A DNA stretch of 25,070 nt from a virus (taxonomy: Duplodnaviria; Caudoviricetes): positions 1 to 25,070 of the IMG/VR virus record IMGVR_UViG_3300048562_000077. One strand, 5' to 3'. A program made the translations under genes and the position numbers. Of the stretch, positions 17,253 through 25,070 are shown in pieces. Position 1 is the stretch's first letter; each line of letters opens with the position of its first letter. The notes under the pieces are model-generated. The model was given only the letters and a program-made list of their open reading frames with translations. It searched no databases and was not told the DNA's origin.

Positions 17253-18695
17253 ATGCCACGCTCAGGCGGAAACTACACACCACCAGCTCTGTACAACCCA
17301 GTTGTCACAGACACCCCGATTTCGTCGGATGCTTACAATGCCACCATTGCTGACATCGGAAACGAGCTGACTGGTTCGCTGCCTATTGACGGCACTAAGT
17401 CAATGGCCGCTCAGTTCAAGGCCATCGACGGCCTTGTCTCAGCCCCAGGCATCACGTTTAACGGCGAAGCTGGTTCAGGTCTCTACCGCGTCAGTGCGGG
17501 AAACATTGCGCGTGCTATTTTGGGTCAGGGCGTCGAGTCAACGACTACTTCTACCAAGACACTCAACGTAGATCTCACGCTCTCTGGCAGCAAGTCGCTG
17601 ACTGTCGGTGGCTCTGCTGTCATCACTGGAGCCGTCACCGCTGCCAGCTTTGCGGGTGTCGGAACAAACCTTACCTCACTCAATGCAACCAACCTAAGCA
17701 CTGGCACCGTGCCACTCGCTCGCATGTCGGGCACCTACAACATTGGCATCTCTGGCAACGCGGCTACTGTTTCTGGCACCTCGCCAACTTCTGGCGTCGC
17801 AAGTCGCATTGTGCAAGCTGATGGCTCCGGCTACATCAACAATACCTATTTCAACTCGTCAGACAACTCTGTTGGCTCTGGCGTGTCCGGCGTCATGGTC
17901 AAGGCAGGCGACAACTACCTTCGCACTGGCACAGCGGCAGCTATTGCTGCGTTCATAAGCGGACAGACCTTCAATACGGCTGGCAACGCCGCCACGGCTA
18001 CGAATGCTACCAATGCGACGAATGCCACAAACGCTGAGAACTCCACCTACGCCTCCTATGCGTCCACCGTGCTCATTAACGGCGGCTATCGCACCTTCGC
18101 GTGGGCCGGCAATAGTGGACAACCAACGTGGCTTTGGGGCTCGAACGATGGCGTCAACATCCAGCTTTGGAACCCTTCCAACTTCAGCGTTGCATCGGCT
18201 ACCAATGCTACCAATGCAACTAATGCGACGAACGCAACTCGCTCGTACTACGCCAACCGCCTAGAGCGCGCTGAACAGGACGGCTACAACGTTCAAACGG
18301 CCTATGACGGTGCCTACTGGGTTTTGAACGGCTACTACGGCGACACCTACCACGCTGGATGCAAAGTCGATTACGCCAGCTACGCCCTCACCGCTGCATC
18401 GGTACAGAACAACGGCACGTCCACATTCTCGAACACTGGCAACGGCTACCTGCTGTTCCAGAACGGATTCAAGATCATGTGGGGAACCCTAACGACTGTC
18501 GGCAACAACGCCTACACCGTCTCATACCCAACATCGTTCTCGTCCTACTCACGAGTTGTCTGCTCCGGCTCTGGCTCTGGCGGCAACCCACAGGACAACG
18601 CTGCTGAGGTGACGGGCAGCTCAACTTCCAGCTTCACGCTCTATGACGCCTACGACAGCTCACACACGACCTTCTGGATCGCAGTGGGCTACTGA
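17253..18695 (+). CDS. tail fibre protein
   Basis: N-terminal anchor-like domain, Ser/Gly/Thr/Asn-rich shaft with (ATN)n repeats, and C-terminal GYLLFQNGFKIMWG...FWIAVGY tip of the Mu/P2-type fibre class. Followed by a chaperone. Confidence 0.88.
   Translation: MPRSGGNYTPPALYNPVVTDTPISSDAYNATIADIGNELTGSLPIDGTKSMAAQFKAIDGLVSAPGITFNGEAGSGLYRVSAGNIARAILGQGVESTTTSTKTLNVDLTLSGSKSLTVGGSAVITGAVTAASFAGVGTNLTSLNATNLSTGTVPLARMSGTYNIGISGNAATVSGTSPTSGVASRIVQADGSGYINNTYFNSSDNSVGSGVSGVMVKAGDNYLRTGTAAAIAAFISGQTFNTAGNAATATNATNATNATNAENSTYASYASTVLINGGYRTFAWAGNSGQPTWLWGSNDGVNIQLWNPSNFSVASATNATNATNATNATRSYYANRLERAEQDGYNVQTAYDGAYWVLNGYYGDTYHAGCKVDYASYALTAASVQNNGTSTFSNTGNGYLLFQNGFKIMWGTLTTVGNNAYTVSYPTSFSSYSRVVCSGSGSGGNPQDNAAEVTGSSTSSFTLYDAYDSSHTTFWIAVGY
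17997..18239 (+). repeat. two blocks of Ala-Thr-Asn tripeptide repeats in tail fibre
   Basis: (ATN)4 at ~17997-18035 and ~18198-18239, with degenerate codons. Confidence 0.8.
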
Positions 18696-18704
18696 GGACT
18701 TGAC

Positions 18705-19079
18705 ATGATCAAACGATTTTACTCACCAGGTACCGGCGGCTTCTACTCAGATGAGCCACACGCGGCGCTGCGTCCCGATGACTGCATTGAGGTCTCCGAG
18801 TCTAAGTACAACGCGCTCATGGCCGCTCAAGAGAAGGGCAAAGAGATCGTCTTCACTGCGAGCGGTCTCGTGGCACGCGCACCCATCGTAACGATGGAAA
18901 CCATTCGCGCTGCCCGCAACCGCAAGTTGCGCAACACGGACTGGACACAAACGCTTGACATTCCAGAGGCAACGCGCACGGCGTATGCCGAGTATCGCGC
19001 CGCGCTGCGCGCCCTGCCCCAGACGTTTCCAGATCCGACTGCTGTCGTCTGGCCAACTCCACCCAACTCGAATCTCTAA
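18705..19079 (+). CDS. tail fibre assembly chaperone
   Basis: FYSxxTGGFY...IEVSxxxYxALMxAQxxGK N-terminus and RxxRNxxLxxTDWTQ...YRxALRxLPQ...WPTPP C-terminus, both typical of Tfa-type chaperones. Confidence 0.88.
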   Translation: MIKRFYSPGTGGFYSDEPHAALRPDDCIEVSESKYNALMAAQEKGKEIVFTASGLVARAPIVTMETIRAARNRKLRNTDWTQTLDIPEATRTAYAEYRAALRALPQTFPDPTAVVWPTPPNSNL

Positions 19080-19081
19080 AT

Positions 19082-19405
19082 ATGTCCAGCAACACCAACA
19101 ATGTGGGACTGCAAGAAATGTTTGATTACCTGAGGGACGACGTTAAGCAGTTCCGTGACGAATCGAAAGAAGCCTTCCGAGAGATTCGTGATGAGCAGCG
19201 CCGCTTCACAGAGGCACTACTAGCTCACACAAAAGACGACCGCGACAACTTCGCGTCACTCGACAAGCGCCTACAGAACATCGAGGTCAGTGAGGCTGTC
19301 GTTGGCAAGACCAAGGACGCTCGCTTCAATCGCTTCGTTGGCTACTGCGGCCTCGCCGTTGCCTTCATCGCCTCGGTCTGCGCAGTGCTAGCGCTGCTCA
19401 AGTAA
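19082..19405 (+). CDS. coiled-coil protein with single C-terminal transmembrane helix (holin-associated/XhlA-like architecture)
   Basis: Charged helical N-terminus and hydrophobic FVGYCGLAVAFIASVCAVLALL C-terminus. The true start may be 19118. Confidence 0.65.
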   Translation: MSSNTNNVGLQEMFDYLRDDVKQFRDESKEAFREIRDEQRRFTEALLAHTKDDRDNFASLDKRLQNIEVSEAVVGKTKDARFNRFVGYCGLAVAFIASVCAVLALLK

Positions 19406-19414
19406 GAGGACTCA

Positions 19415-20068
19415 ATGAGAAACGGCAGCGGACACTTCGACCTACTTCCAGAACATAACCCAGTTGTCTCAGGGCAGCCGGTCAGTTCTGATTGGGCAAA
19501 TGAAACGCTTGCCGATGTCGCGGCGGCCCTAACGGACTCCCTCTGCATAGACGGACAGTCCACCATGACTGGTGCCCTGCGCCTTGCTACTGGCACAGGC
19601 TCCGCCCCATCCATGACGTTTGGCGCTGAGACCGGCCTAGGTCTATTCCGCTCGTCAGCTGGTGTTCTTGGCTTCGCAGCTGGTGGTGGCTCCGTTGCCA
19701 CAATCTCTGCCACTGCCTTCAACCTCAGCATCGACCTTTCGACGACCGGAAACCTGCTGCGTTCTGTCGCCAGCGCTGTTACGGCAACTGGCACTACCCA
19801 AGGCGATGCGACAATCCTTACTGAGGACATCAGCGTAGTCACGTCTTCGTCAGGAAGCGCGCTGGGCGTCATTCTTCCCAACAAGACTGGTGCTGAGTTC
19901 GTCGTGTTCAACAACACGGTCAATGCCATCAACGTCTACCCAGCCAGCGGCGGCACTATCGACTTCCGCTCTGCCAACGTTGCGTACTCACTCCCGTCTC
20001 ATGCCCGTATCAGCTTTGTGTCCTACGCAGCCAATACGTGGATAACTCTTAACGCATCGCTCGTGTGA
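19415..20068 (+). CDS. short tail-fibre-like protein with anchor paralogous to 17253..18695
   Basis: NPVVxxxPxSSDxxNxTxAD...LTxSLxIDG...SAPxxTF is shared with the tail fibre N-terminus. SD GAGGA. Confidence 0.8.
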   Translation: MRNGSGHFDLLPEHNPVVSGQPVSSDWANETLADVAAALTDSLCIDGQSTMTGALRLATGTGSAPSMTFGAETGLGLFRSSAGVLGFAAGGGSVATISATAFNLSIDLSTTGNLLRSVASAVTATGTTQGDATILTEDISVVTSSSGSALGVILPNKTGAEFVVFNNTVNAINVYPASGGTIDFRSANVAYSLPSHARISFVSYAANTWITLNASLV

Positions 20069-20082
20069 GCAAGGGTCTGTAA

Positions 20083-20994
20083 ATGGCTCATGCTCACGAT
20101 ACTCCAATCTCAGCGGCAGACTTCAACTCACTAGCGACAGCGGCGGCCTACGTTTATGGCGTTGGCAATGGCGATCACGGCTATGGGCAGTCCAGCCCTG
20201 CCCTTCCTACCCTTAGCTCCGATACCGCCAACCCCGCGTCAGCGTGGACAGCCCTTCGAGGCGTCCTTGAGAACTGCTACATGTGGCAGAACACGGTCGC
20301 AACTCTACTTCCACCCTCTATACAGAACTCGTCCGACAACGCCCACGTTGCGTATGCAGCGGGAGACCCAAAGAGCTGGGCAGACATGACGGCTCTGCTT
20401 GACACCAATCGACTTAACTACCAGTTCGGCAACATGGCCTTGGCCTCTTCTGCTGCCAGCACCACCCGTGGCACTACCTGGGATTCGTTCATTCAGGCTG
20501 GCTTCTCCATTGACTACGACTCAGAGAATGCTGCCCGCTACTTCTTCAACACGGGTGGAGAGCTGCGCATTGCGTTTGCTCACCCAAGCACAGCGTCTAG
20601 CCAGGACACCGACTGGCACAACATGCTGGACAACCTGAACATCGCCTTCCGGGCCCACTCGACGGCGAAGCTGACTGGCAACGGAACTGGCAGCAGCATT
20701 GGCTATTACGAACTGACAACGAGTTGGCAGGCTGTCTACACGGTCAATGGTACCGGCGCGTACTCGGCAAACTCATTGGTCGTCTATGCACGCGCTGACT
20801 CCATCACCGGGCTGAACGGTGCGAAGGGTAGCCTGATCTACCTGTATTGCAACTTCAATGAAAGCCACACAAACGCCTTCTACGACGTAGCGCAGTCAGG
20901 CACCGTCGCAACACTTGGGCGCCTGCGCTGTGCTGGCAGCCCACTTCCATCTGCAATCCCAGCTCCAACGTGCGCCGTAGTTGTCGCCCTCTAA
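20083..20994 (+). CDS. putative virion structural protein (GYGQ / ARYFFNxGG type)
   Basis: 303 aa, rich in Ser/Thr/Ala/aromatics. Motifs at 20179-20190 and 20533-20559. Confidence 0.7.
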   Translation: MAHAHDTPISAADFNSLATAAAYVYGVGNGDHGYGQSSPALPTLSSDTANPASAWTALRGVLENCYMWQNTVATLLPPSIQNSSDNAHVAYAAGDPKSWADMTALLDTNRLNYQFGNMALASSAASTTRGTTWDSFIQAGFSIDYDSENAARYFFNTGGELRIAFAHPSTASSQDTDWHNMLDNLNIAFRAHSTAKLTGNGTGSSIGYYELTTSWQAVYTVNGTGAYSANSLVVYARADSITGLNGAKGSLIYLYCNFNESHTNAFYDVAQSGTVATLGRLRCAGSPLPSAIPAPTCAVVVAL

Positions 20995-21009
20995 CGAGCC
21001 GGCCTAGCG

Positions 21010-21026
21010 ACCGTCGTAAATACGAC
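21010..21026 (+). promoter_or_regulatory. ACCG-TCG-TAAATA motif embedded in palindrome GTCGTA-AA-TACGAC
   Basis: TAAATA at 21017-21022, inverted repeat at 21013-21026, intergenic and 37 nt before ATG 21060. Confidence 0.6.
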
Positions 21027-21059
21027 CAAAGCGCCAGCCGTAAGAATTGAGGACGAATA

Positions 21060-21875
21060 ATGAGCGACAACTATGTCAGCGGATTTCAGACATCGACAGA
21101 CGGTGGCGTCTTCATCAACAACCGCGTTTGGGACGGCGACACTATGTCGTGGGTGGCACAGACGATCGCCTCCATCGGCGCTGTTCCTGCATCGGTCGAA
21201 GTCACTAACTGGCCTGGCACCCAGACTGTCGATGGCGCAGTAGATATTGGCAACCTTCCTGAAGTACAGACCGTCGATGGTTCTGTATCGGTCAGCAACT
21301 TCCCTGCTACTCAGCCTGTCAGCGGCACGGTCGCTGTATCCAACTTTCCAGCCACTCAGCCTGTCTCTGGCTCGATTACGGTTTCCTCACTTCCTGCCAT
21401 TCCAGCCGGCGCGAACACCATTGGTGCGGTCAACATCAACGGCACCATTCCCGTTAGCGGCACTTTTTGGCAAGGGACACAGCCAGTCTCGATTGCGACC
21501 CTGCCATCTCTCGCGGCGGGTTCAAACGCCATCGGCAGCATCACCAACACCACCTTCGCAGCGACCCAGTCTGGCACTTGGAACGTTGGCATTACGAAGT
21601 CTGCGCTGACGCCAGCCTCTCCTGCCACGGCCTCCGTCGGAATCACCAGCGCCCAAGCTGTCGCTTCGAATGGTTCTCGCAAAGGTCTCTTGATCACAAA
21701 TCTGTCGAACAACTTCGTGTCCCTCGGACTTGGAGCTACCGCCGTTCTCAACAGCGGCATCACCCTCACTCCATACGGTTCGTGGCAGATGGATTCGTTT
21801 AGCTTCTGCACTAGCGCGGTGAATGCGATTGCCAGCGCGGCGTCGTCGACCATCTCCGTGCAGGAGTTCAGCTAA
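21060..21875 (+). CDS. fibre-like protein with 15-residue VSNFPATQPVSG repeats
   Basis: About four 15-aa repeats, two LPxxxAGxNxIG repeats and a compact beta C-terminal domain. SD GAGGA. Confidence 0.8.
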   Translation: MSDNYVSGFQTSTDGGVFINNRVWDGDTMSWVAQTIASIGAVPASVEVTNWPGTQTVDGAVDIGNLPEVQTVDGSVSVSNFPATQPVSGTVAVSNFPATQPVSGSITVSSLPAIPAGANTIGAVNINGTIPVSGTFWQGTQPVSIATLPSLAAGSNAIGSITNTTFAATQSGTWNVGITKSALTPASPATASVGITSAQAVASNGSRKGLLITNLSNNFVSLGLGATAVLNSGITLTPYGSWQMDSFSFCTSAVNAIASAASSTISVQEFS

Positions 21876-22987
21876 TGAGTGTTAGCACTCCATTTCTGAC
21901 GCTCGCTAAGAGCGGAGGCGTCGCACAGGACCGCTTCCACACTCTCGACATTACAGGCGGCACCATTGGTGTTTCTGCTGGCGTTGCAACGATTGCTGTC
22001 AGCGTCGATCAGGCTGCCGCCTACACCTGGACGAACACCCACACTTTCAGCAACCAGATAGCCGCTACTGGCGGTGTGGCGCTGAGCGCGGCTCTGTATC
22101 GCTCGAATGGAACAGTTGCGGCCAACGGCACCACTCAAGGTGCCGGCACGGCGCTGACCAAGGACATCAACTACGTTACGTCAGCGACTGGCGGTGTTCA
22201 CACTGCCATCAAGCTGCCAGCCGGCGCTATTGGTCTGTACATCGATGTCGTCAACACGACTGCGGTTGCCCTTCAGGTCTTCCCACAAAGTTCGGCGGCC
22301 ATCGACGCGCTAGGTGCGAACGCAGCGTTCTCACTTCCTGCTGGTGCTACAGCCAGGTTCTACGGCTATTCAAGCACTCAGTGGTACGGCGCTGTTCTTT
22401 CTGGCTTGACCTTGGACCACGCCTCTCAGCCGACCATTCAGTTCAAAATTGGCGGCACCAACAAGGGCAGCGTGTATGACACTGGCACGGTCACCGCGCT
22501 TGACAGCGGCCCGAACACCTTCGTCACGATGCGCGTCAATGGCGCAGCAATGTTCTACGCCGACAGCGGCTCGTGCGCCTTCAACGGACTGGCCCAGTTC
22601 TCGGACACCACGAACTCAACGGCATACAGCAACGGCGCTGCCATATTCTCCGGCGGCATCGGCGTGGCGAAGCAGATGACGAGCCGAGCCATCGCCAACG
22701 ACATCGTCACTGCAAAGAACGCCAACTACACGGTGCTCGACACCGACACATACATCCGCTTCGCCGCTTCCGCGAGCCGTACAGTCACGCTGCCATCCGC
22801 AGCTTCATATCCTGGTCGTATGTTGACCATCTGCAATAGCGGTGCTTTCACCATCATCTCAGCGTCCTCGAACGTTGTGCCTATGACTTCAACGTCTGCT
22901 GGTACTGCCATCTTGGCTGGTACCTCTGGCAAGTGGGCGACCTTGGTTAGCAACGGCACCAACTGGTTTATTCAAGCCGGCAACTAA
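21875..22987 (+). CDS. tail-fibre-like modular protein
   Basis: Gly/Ala/Thr-rich. Internal domain shared with the 19415..20068 C-terminus, a GAAIFSGGIGVAK fibre motif and a C-terminal TVTLP...LVSNGTNW domain. Confidence 0.8.
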   Translation: MSVSTPFLTLAKSGGVAQDRFHTLDITGGTIGVSAGVATIAVSVDQAAAYTWTNTHTFSNQIAATGGVALSAALYRSNGTVAANGTTQGAGTALTKDINYVTSATGGVHTAIKLPAGAIGLYIDVVNTTAVALQVFPQSSAAIDALGANAAFSLPAGATARFYGYSSTQWYGAVLSGLTLDHASQPTIQFKIGGTNKGSVYDTGTVTALDSGPNTFVTMRVNGAAMFYADSGSCAFNGLAQFSDTTNSTAYSNGAAIFSGGIGVAKQMTSRAIANDIVTAKNANYTVLDTDTYIRFAASASRTVTLPSAASYPGRMLTICNSGAFTIISASSNVVPMTSTSAGTAILAGTSGKWATLVSNGTNWFIQAGN

Positions 22988-23000
22988 ACGGAGCATTCAC

Positions 23001-23252
23001 ATGGACAACTCAAAGGTAGTCGTATCCCGTAAGTGGGCCGACAAGACGCTTCTCATCGAAGCATTCGCTACTGATGACGAAGTTGGCGCAAGGATGGACC
23101 TTGGCAACTTCGTCAGCGCCCTCGTCAAAGAGGTTGGCTACATGGTGCCAGCAGACCATGCCATCCCTATGGATGAACTCGCCTCTATCCTTGATAGCGC
23201 TTCAAAGCGCGTCCTCAAGGAAATGAAGGTGCAGACCAAACACGTCGTTTAA
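23001..23252 (+). CDS. hypothetical protein (83 aa)
   Basis: SD GGAG, operon spacing. Confidence 0.7.
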   Translation: MDNSKVVVSRKWADKTLLIEAFATDDEVGARMDLGNFVSALVKEVGYMVPADHAIPMDELASILDSASKRVLKEMKVQTKHVV

Positions 23253-23264
23253 CGGAGAAGAACA

Positions 23265-23585
23265 ATGACCTACGAAGAAGCCTTTGCCATCTTGGCAAGA
23301 GTTCACATTGCTATGAATCTTTTTATGCAAACACACTCAGGAGAGCAGAACCTTGCACTCCGCTGGGTCGCAGCATTCAAGGAGCCAGCAAACGCTGATG
23401 CTCGTGCCGCATACCACGGTGCGCGGGAGTACCTCGCCACCTACGTCAACCCAGACAGCGAGCAGCTTGCCGCTGACACAGAATCGACTTCTCAACTTCT
23501 CGGTGGTGTAGACATTCAGATCAAGGCAGAAGCACTTGCGAAGACCGCAAGATTGGCAAGGCAGGTCAATCCCGAAACGAGATGA
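23265..23585 (+). CDS. hypothetical protein (106 aa)
   Basis: SD GGAGA, operon spacing. Confidence 0.65.
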   Translation: MTYEEAFAILARVHIAMNLFMQTHSGEQNLALRWVAAFKEPANADARAAYHGAREYLATYVNPDSEQLAADTESTSQLLGGVDIQIKAEALAKTARLARQVNPETR

Positions 23586-23607
23586 AGGCTGTTAGAGCCA
23601 CCAAGCG

Positions 23608-24285
23608 CTAAGTTTCTTGAGCCCTCTGCGCTTGTAGCACGTTGAAGTAAGCGGACTCCTGATCCATCTCTCGGTCACGCTCACCTGAGCGTTCCTCACT
23701 GCCATTGAAGGGATCAGGATAATCCTCCTGTTCCTTCATGCTCTTCACTGTCTCGTCATGTTCGTTCTTGGCGTTGGCCAACTCTTGAGCGGACTCCGTC
23801 TTGGCACTTTGGATAGCGCCCTGCCCTAGGAAGAAGCCCGCTACCAGCCCAGCCAGAGCCCCTATCAAGTCGTACCACTTGTAGCCGATTAGGACCGCAC
23901 CCACTCCTATGGCAGCGGCCAGCCACCACGGCGGTGTACCAGCCTTCTTTTGAGCCTTCGCTAGTTCCTTCAGCGAATCGGAAATGTAGATCTTTCGCTT
24001 TAACGCTTCCTTCTTCTCAATCTTGCGTCGAGTCTCGATCAGCTTGCAACGGAGTTCTTTGTCCTCAACCGAGAAGTAGGCATCACGCATCTTGCCCCTG
24101 AAGAAGTCGAACTCATCAGCAAAGTATTCGTCAGGAGTGCACTCATCACCCATCGCACCGAGCGGAATGAAGCGACCCTCAGAAGCGCGAACCATGAGCG
24201 CCGTGATCCCTGCCTTCTCTTCGAGGATCGCGCACTCGGCTTCGAGAGCGTCGATTTCCTTTTGTACGTCGTCAGTGCTGCTCAT
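23608..24285 (-). CDS. membrane protein with two-helix hydrophobic hairpin flanked by coiled coils
   Basis: WWLAAAIGVGAVLIGY and LIGALAGLVAGFFLG segments. ATGA overlap with the upstream gene. Confidence 0.8.
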   Translation of the reverse strand: MSSTDDVQKEIDALEAECAILEEKAGITALMVRASEGRFIPLGAMGDECTPDEYFADEFDFFRGKMRDAYFSVEDKELRCKLIETRRKIEKKEALKRKIYISDSLKELAKAQKKAGTPPWWLAAAIGVGAVLIGYKWYDLIGALAGLVAGFFLGQGAIQSAKTESAQELANAKNEHDETVKSMKEQEDYPDPFNGSEERSGERDREMDQESAYFNVLQAQRAQET

Positions 24286-25070
24286 GCCAACCCCTTGTAG
24301 GCGAGCTTCAAACTGTCTTTGTAGGAGGTTTCGTTGACGCTCTCTGTCCAGTTGAGGTCTGGAAAGCGCACTCCCTCCATGACCCTATTCATGAACGTGC
24401 TGAGCATGATCGCCTTCAAGCTGGCGTCCGCTTGATCCGCATCCAGCAGTGACGGCATATCCATCGCGTGTCGCACTTGATACTCTTGCCATCCACACAT
24501 GCACGAAAGGTACGGGTAGAACCAATCGCGGCTGGTTTCTGAGTTGAAGTCTTTGAATTCCGTCCGCATAGCGTTAAAAATGTGTGCCCATGCGTGGCTG
24601 ATTCGATAGCGCATGAGGATCGGGTTCCACACATCATCCCAGGACTTCACCTCTGGGAATTGGTGCATGAACTCCTTGATGGGCTTGTAGTGTTGAGCGA
24701 CCTCGACCAACTTCGACTTCAGCTCCCCGCTGATGCCGTGAATGCCACGTAGTCCTGTCGGGTCTTCCACAGGCGGCGGGTCCATGACCAGCACTTGCAA
24801 CTCAGACATTCCTAGGATCTGCTCTGAGAGAACCTCTCTGTTCGCCATGCGAGGGTCCTCGCTGCCAACGACTTGGAGTATTTTCGTCAGCATCTTCTCC
24901 GCTTCACTAGCGATGAAGTCCTTAGAGAAGTCCTTGGTCAGCTCGTGCTGCTCAGACCAGTAGCGACGGATAAGGGTAAGGCCGAACGCCACCGTCGGCT
25001 GCTTCAAGAGCTTTGCGACTTCCCGTTCCTGACGGTGCTTGTCCACCAGATCGAACAGCTTTCCCAGCAT
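24282..25070 (-). CDS. hypothetical protein (262 aa)
   Basis: Long ORF with globular composition, starting at the window edge and coupled to 23608..24285. Confidence 0.8.
   Translation of the reverse strand: MLGKLFDLVDKHRQEREVAKLLKQPTVAFGLTLIRRYWSEQHELTKDFSKDFIASEAEKMLTKILQVVGSEDPRMANREVLSEQILGMSELQVLVMDPPPVEDPTGLRGIHGISGELKSKLVEVAQHYKPIKEFMHQFPEVKSWDDVWNPILMRYRISHAWAHIFNAMRTEFKDFNSETSRDWFYPYLSCMCGWQEYQVRHAMDMPSLLDADQADASLKAIMLSTFMNRVMEGVRFPDLNWTESVNETSYKDSLKLAYKGLA

Noticed and set aside
17253-18695. Diversity-generating retroelement or invertible tail-fibre cassette
   Set aside because: I saw no reverse transcriptase, invertase, template/variable repeat pair or inverted fibre tip in the window.
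20071-20085. GTAAATG/CTAAATG near-matches to the late motif (also 9085 and 11943)
   Set aside because: They are TAA-ATG sequences formed by the start codon itself and lack the final A.

Overview
The window holds an apparently complete, intact morphogenesis module of a short-tailed (podovirus-type) dsDNA phage or phage-like element, almost all on the + strand. In order: small terminase, large terminase, portal, Zn-ribbon protein, scaffold, major capsid, decoration protein, adaptor, nozzle, GNAT, several ejection-type proteins, a tail fibre with chaperone and further fibre modules. It is followed by a convergent two-gene operon of unknown function. I see no replication, integrase, sigma-factor or endolysin gene. 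The most striking signals are regulatory. (1) A TAAATA hexamer, often CCG-N3-TAAATA, sits at ten + strand gene junctions or leaders and one - strand start, and resembles T4-superfamily gp55-type late promoters. (2) At two or more of these sites a hairpin buries the downstream ribosome-binding site unless transcription starts at the motif. (3) A promoter-and-terminator-bounded ~175-nt candidate ncRNA has complementary loops. (4) The 280-nt structured capsid leader contains a tandemly duplicated RNA motif. Product calls rest on motifs, size and synteny read by eye, not on database searches.
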